Assembly (NCBI GenBank): GCA_965219135.1 | Contig: CBDCMV010000003.1 | Location: 640,616 to 704,615, forward strand | From: Alphaproteobacteria bacterium | GTDB lineage: Bacteria > Pseudomonadota > Alphaproteobacteria > VGEJ01 | DNA length: 64,000 bases | Direction of reading: 5' to 3' | In this document: in pieces, positions 10,430 through 20,385 of the stretch | How positions within the stretch are numbered: position 1 is the stretch's first letter | Layout: each line of letters opens with the position of its first letter | Notes under the pieces: model-generated | Databases searched by the model: none | Seen by the model: only the letters and a program-made list of their open reading frames with translations | Told to the model about the DNA's origin: nothing | Position numbers and translations under genes: made by a program

Positions 10430-11718
10430 CCCTCGGCGCTCCTGAGCCGCCGCTCGACGACCGATTCACGTTTTAGATCCCGCAAGTAGCGTTGCGCCTG
10501 CATCGTTAGTCGGCGGAGACCCAGGCTTTCGAGAATGGCGTCGCGATCGGGTCCGGTCGCTTCCGGCTCCGCCCGCTCGCATACGATCAGGACATGAACG
10601 CCGCTCGCGGTTCGCACGGGGGCGCTGGCGACGCCGATTTCCAGGTCGCTCACCGCGGCGCCGATTTCGGGCGGCAGGTCGCGGCGGAACACCGTTCCCA
10701 AGTCTCCCGATCCCGGTCCGCCGAGACGCTCGGCGATGGCGTCGGCGCCCTCGCAACCCGTGATCTGGGCGGCGATCTCGCGCGCTTCCTGGACGATGCG
10801 GTTCGCCGTGGCTTCGTCCGCCTCGGCGGCGATCGGCAGCACGACTTGTTTGAGTCGAAACGAGGTCTCGCCGGCGCTGGCCTGCATGAAATCACGCCGG
10901 TCACCGAGCTTCAGGATGTAATAGCCGCCTGGCGTGGCGATCGGATCGGACACCTCACCGATCTCAAGGCCGCCGATCGCCGCGTCGAGCTCCGGGGTCA
11001 GCTGTCCTTCTTCGACCCAGCCCAACGTTCCACCGGCCGCGGCGGTCGAGCTTTGCGAGAACTGTCGTGCGATCGCTTGGAACGGCGCGCCGTCGCGTAG
11101 CCGCGCGACCAACCCGGACGCGGTCCGCGCGATCTCGGTTTCGCGCGCGGCCTTGTCGACCGCCAGAAATATCTCCAGGACGAAGCTCTCGCGCTGTCCG
11201 ACGCTCGCCAGCATGCGTTCGATGACGGCGTCAATTTCGTCCTCGCCTACGGTAATCGTCGGCCGGATCCGGGTCATGATCAGGTTTCGCCATCCGATCT
11301 GCGTGCGCAGCTGCTCCGCCAGCACCGACTTGTCGATGTTGTTGACCCGAAGGAAGGTCTCCAGGCCGCCCTCGGCAAGCCCGTTTTGCTGCTCGAGCAG
11401 GCGCATTTCCTCGGCTATGTCGGCATCGGTGACGGAGATGTTTCGACGCTGCGATTCCTGCCACTGCAAGCGCTCGTCGATCAATCGGTCGAGGACGCGA
11501 TCGCGAAATCGCGACCGGTTGTCGAGGGTATCCTCGAGGTTGGCCGAGGCGAGGGCGAGCTTTAGCCGCTGCTCGAGGTCGTAGACCGAGACCACCTCGT
11601 CGTTCACCACCGCGGCGATCCGCAGCACCTCCTGCGCGTGCGCCGTCGGGGCGGCGAGCACAAGCGCCGCCACCGCAAGAATGATTCGCCCCTTCATCCC
11701 GCTCCCGCGGCTAGTCAA
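10426..11718 (-). CDS. surA: periplasmic chaperone/peptidyl-prolyl isomerase SurA
   Basis: Signal peptide followed by SurA N-terminal and PPIase domains. Sits between lptD and pdxA. Confidence 0.85.
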   Translation of the reverse strand: MTSRGSGMKGRIILAVAALVLAAPTAHAQEVLRIAAVVNDEVVSVYDLEQRLKLALASANLEDTLDNRSRFRDRVLDRLIDERLQWQESQRRNISVTDADIAEEMRLLEQQNGLAEGGLETFLRVNNIDKSVLAEQLRTQIGWRNLIMTRIRPTITVGEDEIDAVIERMLASVGQRESFVLEIFLAVDKAARETEIARTASGLVARLRDGAPFQAIARQFSQSSTAAAGGTLGWVEEGQLTPELDAAIGGLEIGEVSDPIATPGGYYILKLGDRRDFMQASAGETSFRLKQVVLPIAAEADEATANRIVQEAREIAAQITGCEGADAIAERLGGPGSGDLGTVFRRDLPPEIGAAVSDLEIGVASAPVRTASGVHVLIVCERAEPEATGPDRDAILESLGLRRLTMQAQRYLRDLKRESVVERRLRSAEG

Positions 11719-13907
11719 CCGATGTGCTTAAACCGGATTCGCACCACCAACGATGTCGACGGGCGAACGTCGCGGTCCGAGGTGAAATCACGTCGGACCC
11801 CGGTCTCGAACAGGAAGCATTCATCCTCGTAGCTTACCCCGAATCCGGCGTCGATCATCCCGCCGCCGTTCTCTTTAAGATCGCGTCGCGCGTTCGCCGA
11901 AGTTGACCAGAACCGAGCGAACTGAAACCGGCCGCGGGCGTTGATCTCCTCGCGCGTCGTCAGCTGGTCGCCGACCGACAGGCGATCCAGCGATACGTAT
12001 CCGACGTCGAAACGCAGCCGCTCGGGACCCGCCGAGAGCTTGACCTCGTTCCGTTTCACCGAGAACGAATCACCGTCCAGCCGGAACCGATTGGTGATAT
12101 CTAGGAATCGCGACGGAAAAATCGAGATTCGTCCGACAACATCGGAGAACTCGTCCTCGAGAGCCGTATTCTGGCCGAGGCTTGTGTCCTTGCTCAGCCG
12201 CAGGCTCTGCCCGATCAGCGCCGAGGCGTACCCGCCGCGGTCGCCGTAGACGCTAAACTTCACGCCATAGCTGGCGCGCGGACCACCCTCGACCCGATCG
12301 AGGCCGGGAAACCGGTTGGTGTCGAACAGATTGGTGTCGTCGAGCTCGAAAGACAGGCTGTCCTCATTCGGAATCTTGCTGGGATTGCCGCCGTAGGGGC
12401 TAAGCGCCACCATCGCGATGGGTTCGATGACCTGGCGGACGGCGCCGAGCGTCCGCGCCATTGGCAGTCGCCACCCCAACGTCATCTCGGGGATCAGCCG
12501 GCCGGCGAAGCCGCTCTTGGAAGGTCGGGCTGGGTTGCTGGGGTCGCGAGCCTCTCTGGTCCAGTACGCGTCCCCGCGGAGGCGCAGTTCAAGCGCGTAC
12601 AGGTCGCCGGCGCGACCCGTATAGGGAAGATGCCAGCCCGCTGACAGCGACAGGCGTCGGCTGTCGGTTCCTTGCGTGCGCTGCAAGACCATGAGGTTGG
12701 CGTCTAACGCATAGCGGCCCCCCAGTGCGCTGGGTTGGCTGATGAAGTTGTAGTCCAACAGCGGCGCCACGACGGGGGTCTCGCCGGGGTCGTCTTCGGC
12801 CCGCAACCCCTGGAAGGCGTACGCGTTGGCCGAGGCGTAGGTGCGTCCTCGAAAACCCTCGGCGAACAGGTTCGTCGTCAGCGTGTCCTCGGAGCTGATG
12901 TCGTAGCGCCGGAGATAGGTGTCGTCCGTAGCGCGCGCGACGTCGAACCCGGTGCGCCAGGTGTTGTCGAGGTCGAAGCGGCCGAAGGCGGCGACGTGGC
13001 CGCGCACCTCGCGGCCGGGAATCGACGCGTTGCTTGGGTCGCGCTTACCGGTCTCGGTGATGCTGCCGCGAAGTTCGAACCGACCGCCCCGCGTCCGCTC
13101 GCGGTATTCGCCGCTCAGCGCGACCCCTTCCTTGCCGGTTATCAGCGGCGTAAGGGTCGCATCGCGGTGCGGCGCAAAGGCGATGTAGAAGGGCACCTCC
13201 AATTTTACGCCGAGCGGGCCCGAACTGCCGTATGACGGCGCCAGGAATCCGGTCTTTTGCGTGACGCTTGGGTCGGGATGGGAGAAAAACGGGGTGTACG
13301 CAACGGGGACGCCGCCGAGTTCGAGGATGGCGTCGCGATACTCTATCCGGTTGGCGGCCTGATCGTGGGTCACCGTTACCGCCTTTAACTGCCAGAGCGG
13401 CGGCCGCTCCGGTTCCTCCGGGCATTGCTTGCATGCCGAAAAAACCGCTTTGCTCATCACCGTTCGCTGATCGGGGGTACGGCGCGCGCCGTTCGCGGCA
13501 AGCCGCGAATCGTCCGTCATCAGCAAGCCGATTCCGGTGACGAAACCCTCCCTCAGGTCATCTTTGAGTTCGACCTCCTCGGCGAACAGGACCTCGCCGG
13601 TCGGTTCCAGAATGCTGACATTGCCCGAGGCCTGCACGACGCCGCTGTGCGCGTCGTAGCGCACGCGATCGGCCAGAAGCACGCGCTCCTCATGGGCGAC
13701 CTCTACCCGGCCCTCGGCGACGACGACATTGGAATCGCGATCGTAGGTGACGCTGTCGGCACTGACCACCAGCGGCGCCTGCCTCTCCTGCGCCGCGGCG
13801 TGCCCGGCCAAGGCCAGCGCGACGGACAGTCCCAGCACCGCGCCGGCCCAGCGCGGCCCGTTGTGCCGGGGGGCGCTGCGACGTCGAGGGGATCGCGCGC
13901 GATCCAC
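11715..13907 (-). CDS. lptD: LPS-assembly outer-membrane protein LptD
   Basis: 730 aa. OstA N-terminal domain (VVSADSVTYDRDSNVVVAEGRVEV) and a beta-barrel C-terminal region. Confidence 0.9.
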   Translation of the reverse strand: MDRARSPRRRSAPRHNGPRWAGAVLGLSVALALAGHAAAQERQAPLVVSADSVTYDRDSNVVVAEGRVEVAHEERVLLADRVRYDAHSGVVQASGNVSILEPTGEVLFAEEVELKDDLREGFVTGIGLLMTDDSRLAANGARRTPDQRTVMSKAVFSACKQCPEEPERPPLWQLKAVTVTHDQAANRIEYRDAILELGGVPVAYTPFFSHPDPSVTQKTGFLAPSYGSSGPLGVKLEVPFYIAFAPHRDATLTPLITGKEGVALSGEYRERTRGGRFELRGSITETGKRDPSNASIPGREVRGHVAAFGRFDLDNTWRTGFDVARATDDTYLRRYDISSEDTLTTNLFAEGFRGRTYASANAYAFQGLRAEDDPGETPVVAPLLDYNFISQPSALGGRYALDANLMVLQRTQGTDSRRLSLSAGWHLPYTGRAGDLYALELRLRGDAYWTREARDPSNPARPSKSGFAGRLIPEMTLGWRLPMARTLGAVRQVIEPIAMVALSPYGGNPSKIPNEDSLSFELDDTNLFDTNRFPGLDRVEGGPRASYGVKFSVYGDRGGYASALIGQSLRLSKDTSLGQNTALEDEFSDVVGRISIFPSRFLDITNRFRLDGDSFSVKRNEVKLSAGPERLRFDVGYVSLDRLSVGDQLTTREEINARGRFQFARFWSTSANARRDLKENGGGMIDAGFGVSYEDECFLFETGVRRDFTSDRDVRPSTSLVVRIRFKHIG

Positions 13908-13917
13908 CGCGCCCGGC

Positions 13918-15012
13918 TCAGCCGTCTTCCAGATGGAACAGCATCGCCAATCCCAACAGCGTGGTCACGCCGGCCGGCGTCCATGCGGCCAACGTTACCG
14001 GTATCGCGCCGGATAACCCAAGCGCGTAGACCACATCGGAAAGGAAGTAGAGCGCGAAGCCCGCCAACACGCCGCCGGCGATCAAGAGCGAGGTTCGGCC
14101 GCGCCGTGAAACGCGGAGTGCGAAGGTCGCCGCGATAAGGACCATCGCGCATAACAGGATCGGACCGGCGGCCACCGTATTCCAGTGCAATCGGTGCCGA
14201 ACCGCCGAGAAACCCGCCGCTTGCAGCATCTCGATGAATCGCGGCAGTGCCCAGAATGACAGCGTCTCCGGCGCGGCGAAGCTTTCCTGGATCTGGCTTG
14301 CGGTAAGGGAAGTTTCGACCAGCGCTGTATCCTTGAACTCGGCCGGCCGGTCCGGGCCGGTGAGAAGCGCGTCGGTAAGCTCCCAATGGCCCTCACCAAG
14401 CCGCGCCGTGCGGGCATCGATGCGACCGGTGAATCGGTCTCCGTCTTCGAAGGTAAATATGATGACGTCTTCGAGCTCTATTCCCTCCTGCGAGACGCCG
14501 GCGGCGTGAATCACCGATTGCCCGCCGGCATCCGCCTGCCGCAGCCACAAGCCCGAGGGTGAGAGCGCCAGTAGACTAGGCTGGCCGCGCAGGAATTTGG
14601 TTTCCAATTGTTCGTAGCGTGCAACCATCACCGACGAGAGTGGGTTAAAGACCGTTGCCGAGAAGGTGCCGATCGCCAACGCGATCACCAGCGCCGGCAT
14701 CAGGAACTGCCATACCGAGACCCCGGCCGCGCGGGCAACGACCAGTTCATGCGTGCTGGTCAGTCTGGCGAAGGCGTACATCCCACCGAACAGCGCGGCG
14801 AAGGGCAGAATCTTTTGGGTCGTCAGCGGAAGTTTGAGGAATGCCATCTGGACAAGCAGGCCCAACGTCGCGTCGTCCTTGCCCGAGGCGCGGCGCATCA
14901 GCTCCACGATCTCGAACAGCAAGACTACGCACACCAGCGCGAACAGTACGACGCCGATACTCATCAGGAAGCGCCGGCCCAAGTACATCGACAGGGTTGC
15001 CGAAAGCCTCAT
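13918..15012 (-). CDS. lptG: LPS export ABC permease LptG
   Basis: YjgP/YjgQ-family membrane protein (MRLSATLSMYLGRRF...). ATGA overlap with the lptF stop. Confidence 0.85.
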   Translation of the reverse strand: MRLSATLSMYLGRRFLMSIGVVLFALVCVVLLFEIVELMRRASGKDDATLGLLVQMAFLKLPLTTQKILPFAALFGGMYAFARLTSTHELVVARAAGVSVWQFLMPALVIALAIGTFSATVFNPLSSVMVARYEQLETKFLRGQPSLLALSPSGLWLRQADAGGQSVIHAAGVSQEGIELEDVIIFTFEDGDRFTGRIDARTARLGEGHWELTDALLTGPDRPAEFKDTALVETSLTASQIQESFAAPETLSFWALPRFIEMLQAAGFSAVRHRLHWNTVAAGPILLCAMVLIAATFALRVSRRGRTSLLIAGGVLAGFALYFLSDVVYALGLSGAIPVTLAAWTPAGVTTLLGLAMLFHLEDG

Positions 15013-16145
15013 CGTGCGGTGCGCTCTCCGGCCATCGCGCTCGCTGTCGCCAGGCCGCGCCGACGGCGCGCTGCACCTAGGACATAGATGCTGATCACGA
15101 TCGCGGCGGCGACGTTGATGTACATGAGGGGGATGAAGGCCCGGACCTCCGCTGCCATCGAAGTGAACACAAATCCCAGGGCTTGGACCGCGAGGGCGGT
15201 TGCCGCGCCAGCGCTGATGCGTCGCCACTGGCCGCGGCGGTCAAACTCGCCCGATAAGATCGCGGCCAGCGCGATCAGGGTAAAGGCGAACGCGTAAAGC
15301 GGCAGGACCAGCCGACGGTGCGCCTCGGGCGCGAAGTCGCGGCCGTAGAGTTCGAGCGCGTCTTCCGAATCCTGGGGGAACCAAAGTTCGTGCAGATAGC
15401 GCTCCCCGGCCTTCAGCCATCGATCCTCCGGGGCGATCGCGAAGCGTCCGAGGTCGAGGGCGTAGGTGTCGAAATAGAGCATCGAGAGTTCGCCGCGATC
15501 TACGTCGACCTCGTGGCGATTGCCGCCCATGAGCAAGAACCGGGGACCGTCCTCGGTCTGCACCAGCGCCCCGCGCTCGGCCATCATGGTTACCGGTCGT
15601 TCGGGCGTGCGATTGTCGTGGACGAGAATCCCCAGAAGCTCGCCACCCGATTTGCGCTCCCGGACGTAGACGGTCAGTCTGTCGATCAGGGTATTGAACA
15701 CCCCCTCGCGCATCAGCACCGAGCCGTAGTCGTGGCGGACGGTGAACTGAAGTCCCTTGAAGGTGCGGTAGCCGGCCGGCATCAGATAGAGCGTGATCGT
15801 GTACAGGACCACGGTCACGATTCCCGCCAGTAAGAGCGCCGGCGCGGTCAGCGCCCGCGGGCTCAGCCCCGCCGAGCGCATCACCACCAACTCGCGGTCC
15901 GCGTTGAGCCGGTGATAGGTGAACAGAATGGCGCAAAAGAGCGCGATCGGCAGGATGTACGCGAGCGCGGTCGGCAACAGCAGCAGCGTGAGCGAAAGAA
16001 AACCCCACACGCTCAAGCCCGAGCTGACGATCAGGTCGATGAATCGCAGCCCCTGGGTCAGCCACACCACGCCGGTCAGCGTCGCCGTGACAATAAGCAT
16101 CGGCGCCGCGAGCTGACGCAAGATATAGCGCGTGATGCCGCTCAC
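15009..16145 (-). CDS. lptF: LPS export ABC permease LptF
   Basis: MSGITRYILRQL... YjgP/YjgQ family. Immediately upstream of lptG. Confidence 0.85.
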   Translation of the reverse strand: MSGITRYILRQLAAPMLIVTATLTGVVWLTQGLRFIDLIVSSGLSVWGFLSLTLLLLPTALAYILPIALFCAILFTYHRLNADRELVVMRSAGLSPRALTAPALLLAGIVTVVLYTITLYLMPAGYRTFKGLQFTVRHDYGSVLMREGVFNTLIDRLTVYVRERKSGGELLGILVHDNRTPERPVTMMAERGALVQTEDGPRFLLMGGNRHEVDVDRGELSMLYFDTYALDLGRFAIAPEDRWLKAGERYLHELWFPQDSEDALELYGRDFAPEAHRRLVLPLYAFAFTLIALAAILSGEFDRRGQWRRISAGAATALAVQALGFVFTSMAAEVRAFIPLMYINVAAAIVISIYVLGAARRRRGLATASAMAGERTAR

Positions 16146-16197
16146 GGTCCCATTATAGCGGCCGCGATCGGACGGGAACAGCGCCCCGGTCGGGTTC

Positions 16198-17545
16198 TGT
16201 CGCTAACACACGATATGACCGGTCTATGTAACAGATGATCTGTCCGGTTTTAGATTTCCTCCAAATCTGGAGGAATCGGATGCGCCGGACGGAGCAGTTG
16301 CAGGGACTGAGATTGATGAAGTTCGAGGATGTCTACGGACGTTGTTATCGGGGTGATTTGAGCCAGGCCGAGGCCTCGGAGATCCTGGGCATGTCGGAGC
16401 GGACGTTCCGGCGCTGGCGGGAGCGCTATGAGGCCGAGGGTGCCGAGGGTTTGTACGACCGGCGCCTTGGGCGGGTTTCGGCGCGCTGCGCGCCGGTGGA
16501 CGAGGTGATGCGGGTGCTGGAGCTGTTCGAGACGCGCTACCCGGACTTCACGGCCAAGCACTTCCACGAGAAGCTGGTCTGCGAGCATGGCTTCGGGCTG
16601 AGCTACAACTGGCTTCGCCTGAGCTTGCAGGCGCACGGCAAGATCAAGCCGGCGCCCAGGCGCGGGGCGCACCGCCGGAAGCGGCCGCGCCGACCGGTGG
16701 TAGGGATGATGCTGCACCAGGACGGCTCGAGCCACGAGTGGGTTGCGGGCCAGTGGTGGGATCTGATCGTGACCATGGACGATGCGACATCGGAGGTCTA
16801 TTCGGGCTTCTTCGTTGCCGAGGAGGGCACGATGAGCACGTTCCGCGGGCTCGGCGAGGTGATCGCCGAAAACGGGCTGTTCTGCTCGCTCTACGCCGAT
16901 CGGGCCTCGCACTACTGGCACACGCCCGAGGCAGGCGGCGGTGTGGACAAGGACAACCCGACCCAGGTCGGCCGGGCCTTGGCGCAGCTCGGCATCGAGT
17001 TGATCGCGGCCTATTCGCCGCAGGCCCGGGGCCGCTCGGAGCGCATGTTCGGGACCTTGCAGAAGCGCCTGCCCCAGGAGCTGCGCCTCGCCGGGATCGC
17101 CACCATGGCCGAGGCCAATCGCTTTCTCGAGGAGCTCTTCTGGCCGGCGCACAACGCCCGCTTCGCCCGCCCGGCCGCGGACACCGGCTCGGCCTTCGTG
17201 GCTTTTGCCGGCACGCTCGAGGACATCCTCTGCGCCCAGGAGGACCGCGTCGTCGCGGGCGACAACACCGTGCGCTACAAGAACCGCACGCTGCAGATCC
17301 CGGCCGATCGCCACCGCCACCACTACGTCAAGGCGCAGGTCCGGGTGCACGAATATCCCGACGGCCACCTGGCCGTCTTCCACGGACCCAGGTGTCTGGC
17401 GCGCTACCGCGCCGACGGCGAAACCATCGACGACGACAGGCTCCAGGCCGCGTGACCCGCTTCGACGCGACCGAGCCAAACCACCACAACAGAAGCGGTC
17501 AATTCATATGGTACATAAAGCGGTCAACTCAGTTTGTTATCGACA
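16198..17545 (+). mobile_element. IS copy 2 (complete, ~1348 bp) with imperfect terminal inverted repeats
   Basis: Left end TGTCGCTAACACACGATATGACC, right end GGTCAACTCAGTTTGTTATCGACA. Boundaries are defined by where copies 2 and 3 diverge from their flanks. No target-site duplication found. Confidence 0.85.
16235..17455 (+). CDS. rve (integrase-core) DDE transposase with N-terminal HTH, ISNCY/IS481-like
   Basis: 406 aa. HTH region (LSQAEASEILGMSERTFRRWRERYEAEGAEGL), integrase-core region with the DDE triad. Three copies in the window. Confidence 0.85.
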   Translation: MICPVLDFLQIWRNRMRRTEQLQGLRLMKFEDVYGRCYRGDLSQAEASEILGMSERTFRRWRERYEAEGAEGLYDRRLGRVSARCAPVDEVMRVLELFETRYPDFTAKHFHEKLVCEHGFGLSYNWLRLSLQAHGKIKPAPRRGAHRRKRPRRPVVGMMLHQDGSSHEWVAGQWWDLIVTMDDATSEVYSGFFVAEEGTMSTFRGLGEVIAENGLFCSLYADRASHYWHTPEAGGGVDKDNPTQVGRALAQLGIELIAAYSPQARGRSERMFGTLQKRLPQELRLAGIATMAEANRFLEELFWPAHNARFARPAADTGSAFVAFAGTLEDILCAQEDRVVAGDNTVRYKNRTLQIPADRHRHHYVKAQVRVHEYPDGHLAVFHGPRCLARYRADGETIDDDRLQAA

Positions 17546-17620
17546 TCTTCGCCGGGCGGGTTCAAGCGCCACGTCGGTGTCGGCTCGCGCCTACGAACCC
17601 CAGGGCTACCGATTCCTCGC

Positions 17621-18757
17621 TCAACCGGCGGTCACCGGCTTCATCGGCTCGCCCGAGTAGGCGCGCTCGGTCCATTCGATGAAACGGCGCAGCCCGTCAT
17701 CCAAACCCACCACGGGTTCGTAACCCAGTTGAAGCCTCGCCTTGCGAATGTCCGGGCAGCGGCGCATGGGCTCGTCGGCGGGATAGGTGTCGGGATACTC
17801 AACCGTCTCGGTCTCGACCTCGCGTCCGAGCGCGCCGGCGAGACGCGCCACCAGTTCGTGAACGCTGATCTCCGGGCGCGGGTTGCCGATGTTGTAGGCC
17901 TCGCCGGGCACGCCGCGGGCGATGACCCGCAAGAACCCGTTCATTGCGTCGGTGACGTAGCAATAGGTGCGGGTCTGATCGCCGCTGCCGTAGACGCGGA
18001 GCGCCCGCCCCGCCTTGATGTTGCTCGCGAAATTCGGCAGCACCCGGTAGTCGCGCTCGAGCATTCCCGGTCCATAAACGTTGAATGGGCGGATGGTATT
18101 GGTGTGGACGCCGCGGTGCCCGTGGTAAATGTAGCAAAGCGTCTCACCCAGCCGCTTGCTCTCGTCATAGCATGCGCGCGGTCCCATGCAAGCGACGTTG
18201 CCGCGATAGCTCTCCGGTGTTGGAACGTGCGCTGGGTCGGGATCGCCATAGATTTCGCTGGAGCTGAAGAAGGTGAATCGGGCGCCGTGCTCGGCGGCGC
18301 ACTCCAACAGGTTGGTGTTGCCACTGATGGCGGCGCCCAGCGTCTCCAGGGGATAGAGGCCCGGTAGTAGAACGAGCTCGCGATACCCGCGGCGTTGACG
18401 ACGAAGTCGGGCGCCGCGTCGATGTCGAGCGGCTGACTCACGTCGTGCTCCAAGAAGCGATAGTGCTCCGAGGGCGCCGGCGCGGCCCCGTGGTCGTGGG
18501 TTGTGACCAAGTTGTCGAGCACGATCAACCTTGCACGGCTGGCTCAGACGCTCGCGGTTCAGACGATCGAAGACGGCGGTGAAGTAGCGGCCCAGGAAAC
18601 CGCGCCCGCCGCCCAACAGCAGGGTCTTTCCCGCAAAGTCCTCGACAATATCGTCGATCGCGGCCGCGATCGCGTCGATATCGCCTTCATGATGGGGGGC
18701 TATAGCATACGCGGACCTCGGGTAGTGGCACGATGAAGCGCCCGCCGGCATCGCCAA
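17621..18757 (-). pseudogene. NAD-dependent epimerase/dehydratase (UDP-glucuronate decarboxylase-like), needs two frameshifts
   Basis: C-terminal two thirds (NTNLLECAAEHGARFTFFSSSEIYGDP...YDESKR...RPFNVYGPGM) are in one frame. The central VLDNLVTTHDHG...DFVVNAAGIAS segment is only in ORF 17941..18528. The Rossmann GGGRGFLG motif is back in the first frame. Confidence 0.6.
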
Positions 18758-19950
18758 AGTCCTGATGCTTCGCCATGATCGGCCCGGCGAAATTCCACGC
18801 CAGGATCAACAACACGTCGGGCCGGCGCTCGGCGATGGCCTGGGCCGACACGATCGGGACGTGCAGGCCGGGCGAGAACAGCCCCTGTTTCCACGGGCTG
18901 TCATCGACGATGAACTCCAGATCGTCGCGGCCGAGGCCGAAGTGATACATCAAGGTCGTCGCCTTGGCCGGTGCGCCAAAGCCGGCGATCCGACTGCCGG
19001 CGCGTTTCGTGTCGTTCACGGTCTCGGTCAACTCGGCGCCGAGACGGCTAATATCCTTGCCGAAGCGGTGGAAGGTCTCGGCGCGGTCGAGTCCGATGCG
19101 CCGCTCCACGGCGATGAGATCGGCGATGCTCGTGCGTACCTCTCGTCCGGCCTCGCGTGGCGCGGCGAATATCCGCAGACTTCCGCCGTGCACCGGCGTG
19201 CGCTGGACATCGAAGATTGCCATTCCGTGGGCTTCAAAGAAGCCGACCAGCGGGGCCAGCGAATGGTAGTCCAAGTGCTCGTGGTAGATGGTGTCGAACA
19301 GCGTCTTCTCGACGACGTCGGCAAGATAGGAGAACTCGGCGACGAACACGCCCTCGGGCGCCAGCAAAGCGGCGACACCGTCGAGCGTTCCGCCAAGGTT
19401 GTCGATATGGGCGAAGACATTGTTGGCGGTAACGCACTTGGCGGGCCCGCGCTCGTCTCGGAGCGCCTCACCCAGAACGCGATCGAAGAAATCCGCGCGG
19501 GTTTCGATACCGGCGGCGTTGGCGGCGCGGGCGATGGCTTACGCCGGCTCGATCCCCAACGTTTGTGCCCCCACCGCCTGGAAGGCGCGCAACAACGTGC
19601 CGTCGTTAGAACCGATATCCACCACCAGGTCGCCCGTCGCCACCCCGAACGCGGCGGCCACGTCCACGACATAGGCCTCGAAGTGGGCGACGAACGAGGG
19701 CGAGGTGCCGGTCACGTAGATATAGTCTTCGAACAACACCGCCGGATGGAGGACCTCGAGGAGCTGCAGGTGGGCGCAGGTTCCACACATTCCAAGGTCC
19801 AAGGGAAATCGCGGCTGCTTCTCATTCAACCGATCCGCGGCGACGAACGCATTGGCCGGTGGGGTCGGGGTGAGCGAGAGTACCGTCTCAAGTCCGGGCT
19901 CGCCGCACAGGCGACAGGTCTTTCGATTTCGGGACGCCGGCTCTCGGCTC
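18687..19950 (-). pseudogene. NDP-hexose C-methyltransferase family protein (TylC3-like) with an in-frame TAA
   Basis: N-terminal Zn-ribbon half (CRLCGEPGLE...CGTCAHLQLLEVL...VVDIGSNDGTLL) and C-terminal C-methyltransferase half (ORF 18687..19367) share one frame. They are separated only by TAA at 19539..19541 (GIEPA*AIARAANAAGIE). Confidence 0.7.
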
Positions 19951-19957
19951 GCCACCG

Positions 19958-20366
19958 TCAGGGTGCAACAATCTCGATGCGCTCGACGTCGGCCTCGTAA
20001 ACCTCCTGGGCGCGGGAATTGCGGCCCAGGGCGAGGAACGTGGTGTCCTCCAGGAACACCATCGCATGATCGACCATCGGCGGCGTGAAGAAGAGTTGGC
20101 CTTTTTCGACAACCACCGTCTCGGGCGCGGCGTCGCCGTCGTGGGGACGGTGGTGGTATTCGATCCGGCCTTCCAGGACGTAGCAGTAGTGCCAGTCGGT
20201 CTTGTGGTAGTGATTGGCGCGCACCGTGCCCTTCTTCGAGGTAATCAGGACCGCGCTCTCCATAGTGCGATCGACCAGCGGCTGGATCTCGCCGCGCCCG
20301 TCGGCGAACGGCGCCGCCATCGCGACAATGACCTCCGCGGGCAGCGATTCGTCTTGATCGTCCATA
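19958..20366 (-). CDS. cupin-fold protein, possibly NDP-sugar 3,4-ketoisomerase (FdtA/WxcM-like)
   Basis: 136 aa from MDDQDE. Cupin motifs (ANHYHKTDWHYCYVLEG...MVDHAMVF). Sits between a GT2 and a sugar C-methyltransferase. Confidence 0.5.
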
Positions 20367-20385
20367 GTGCGGCTCCTTGACGCGC

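Noticed and set aside
16738-17682. Long ORFs in alternative frames inside the IS copies (also 579..1370, 21309..22328, 16250..17479 antisense)
   Set aside because: They overlap the well-supported transposase gene entirely. They are Arg/Pro/Gly-rich as expected for off-frame translation of 68% GC DNA, and recur only because the IS is repeated.
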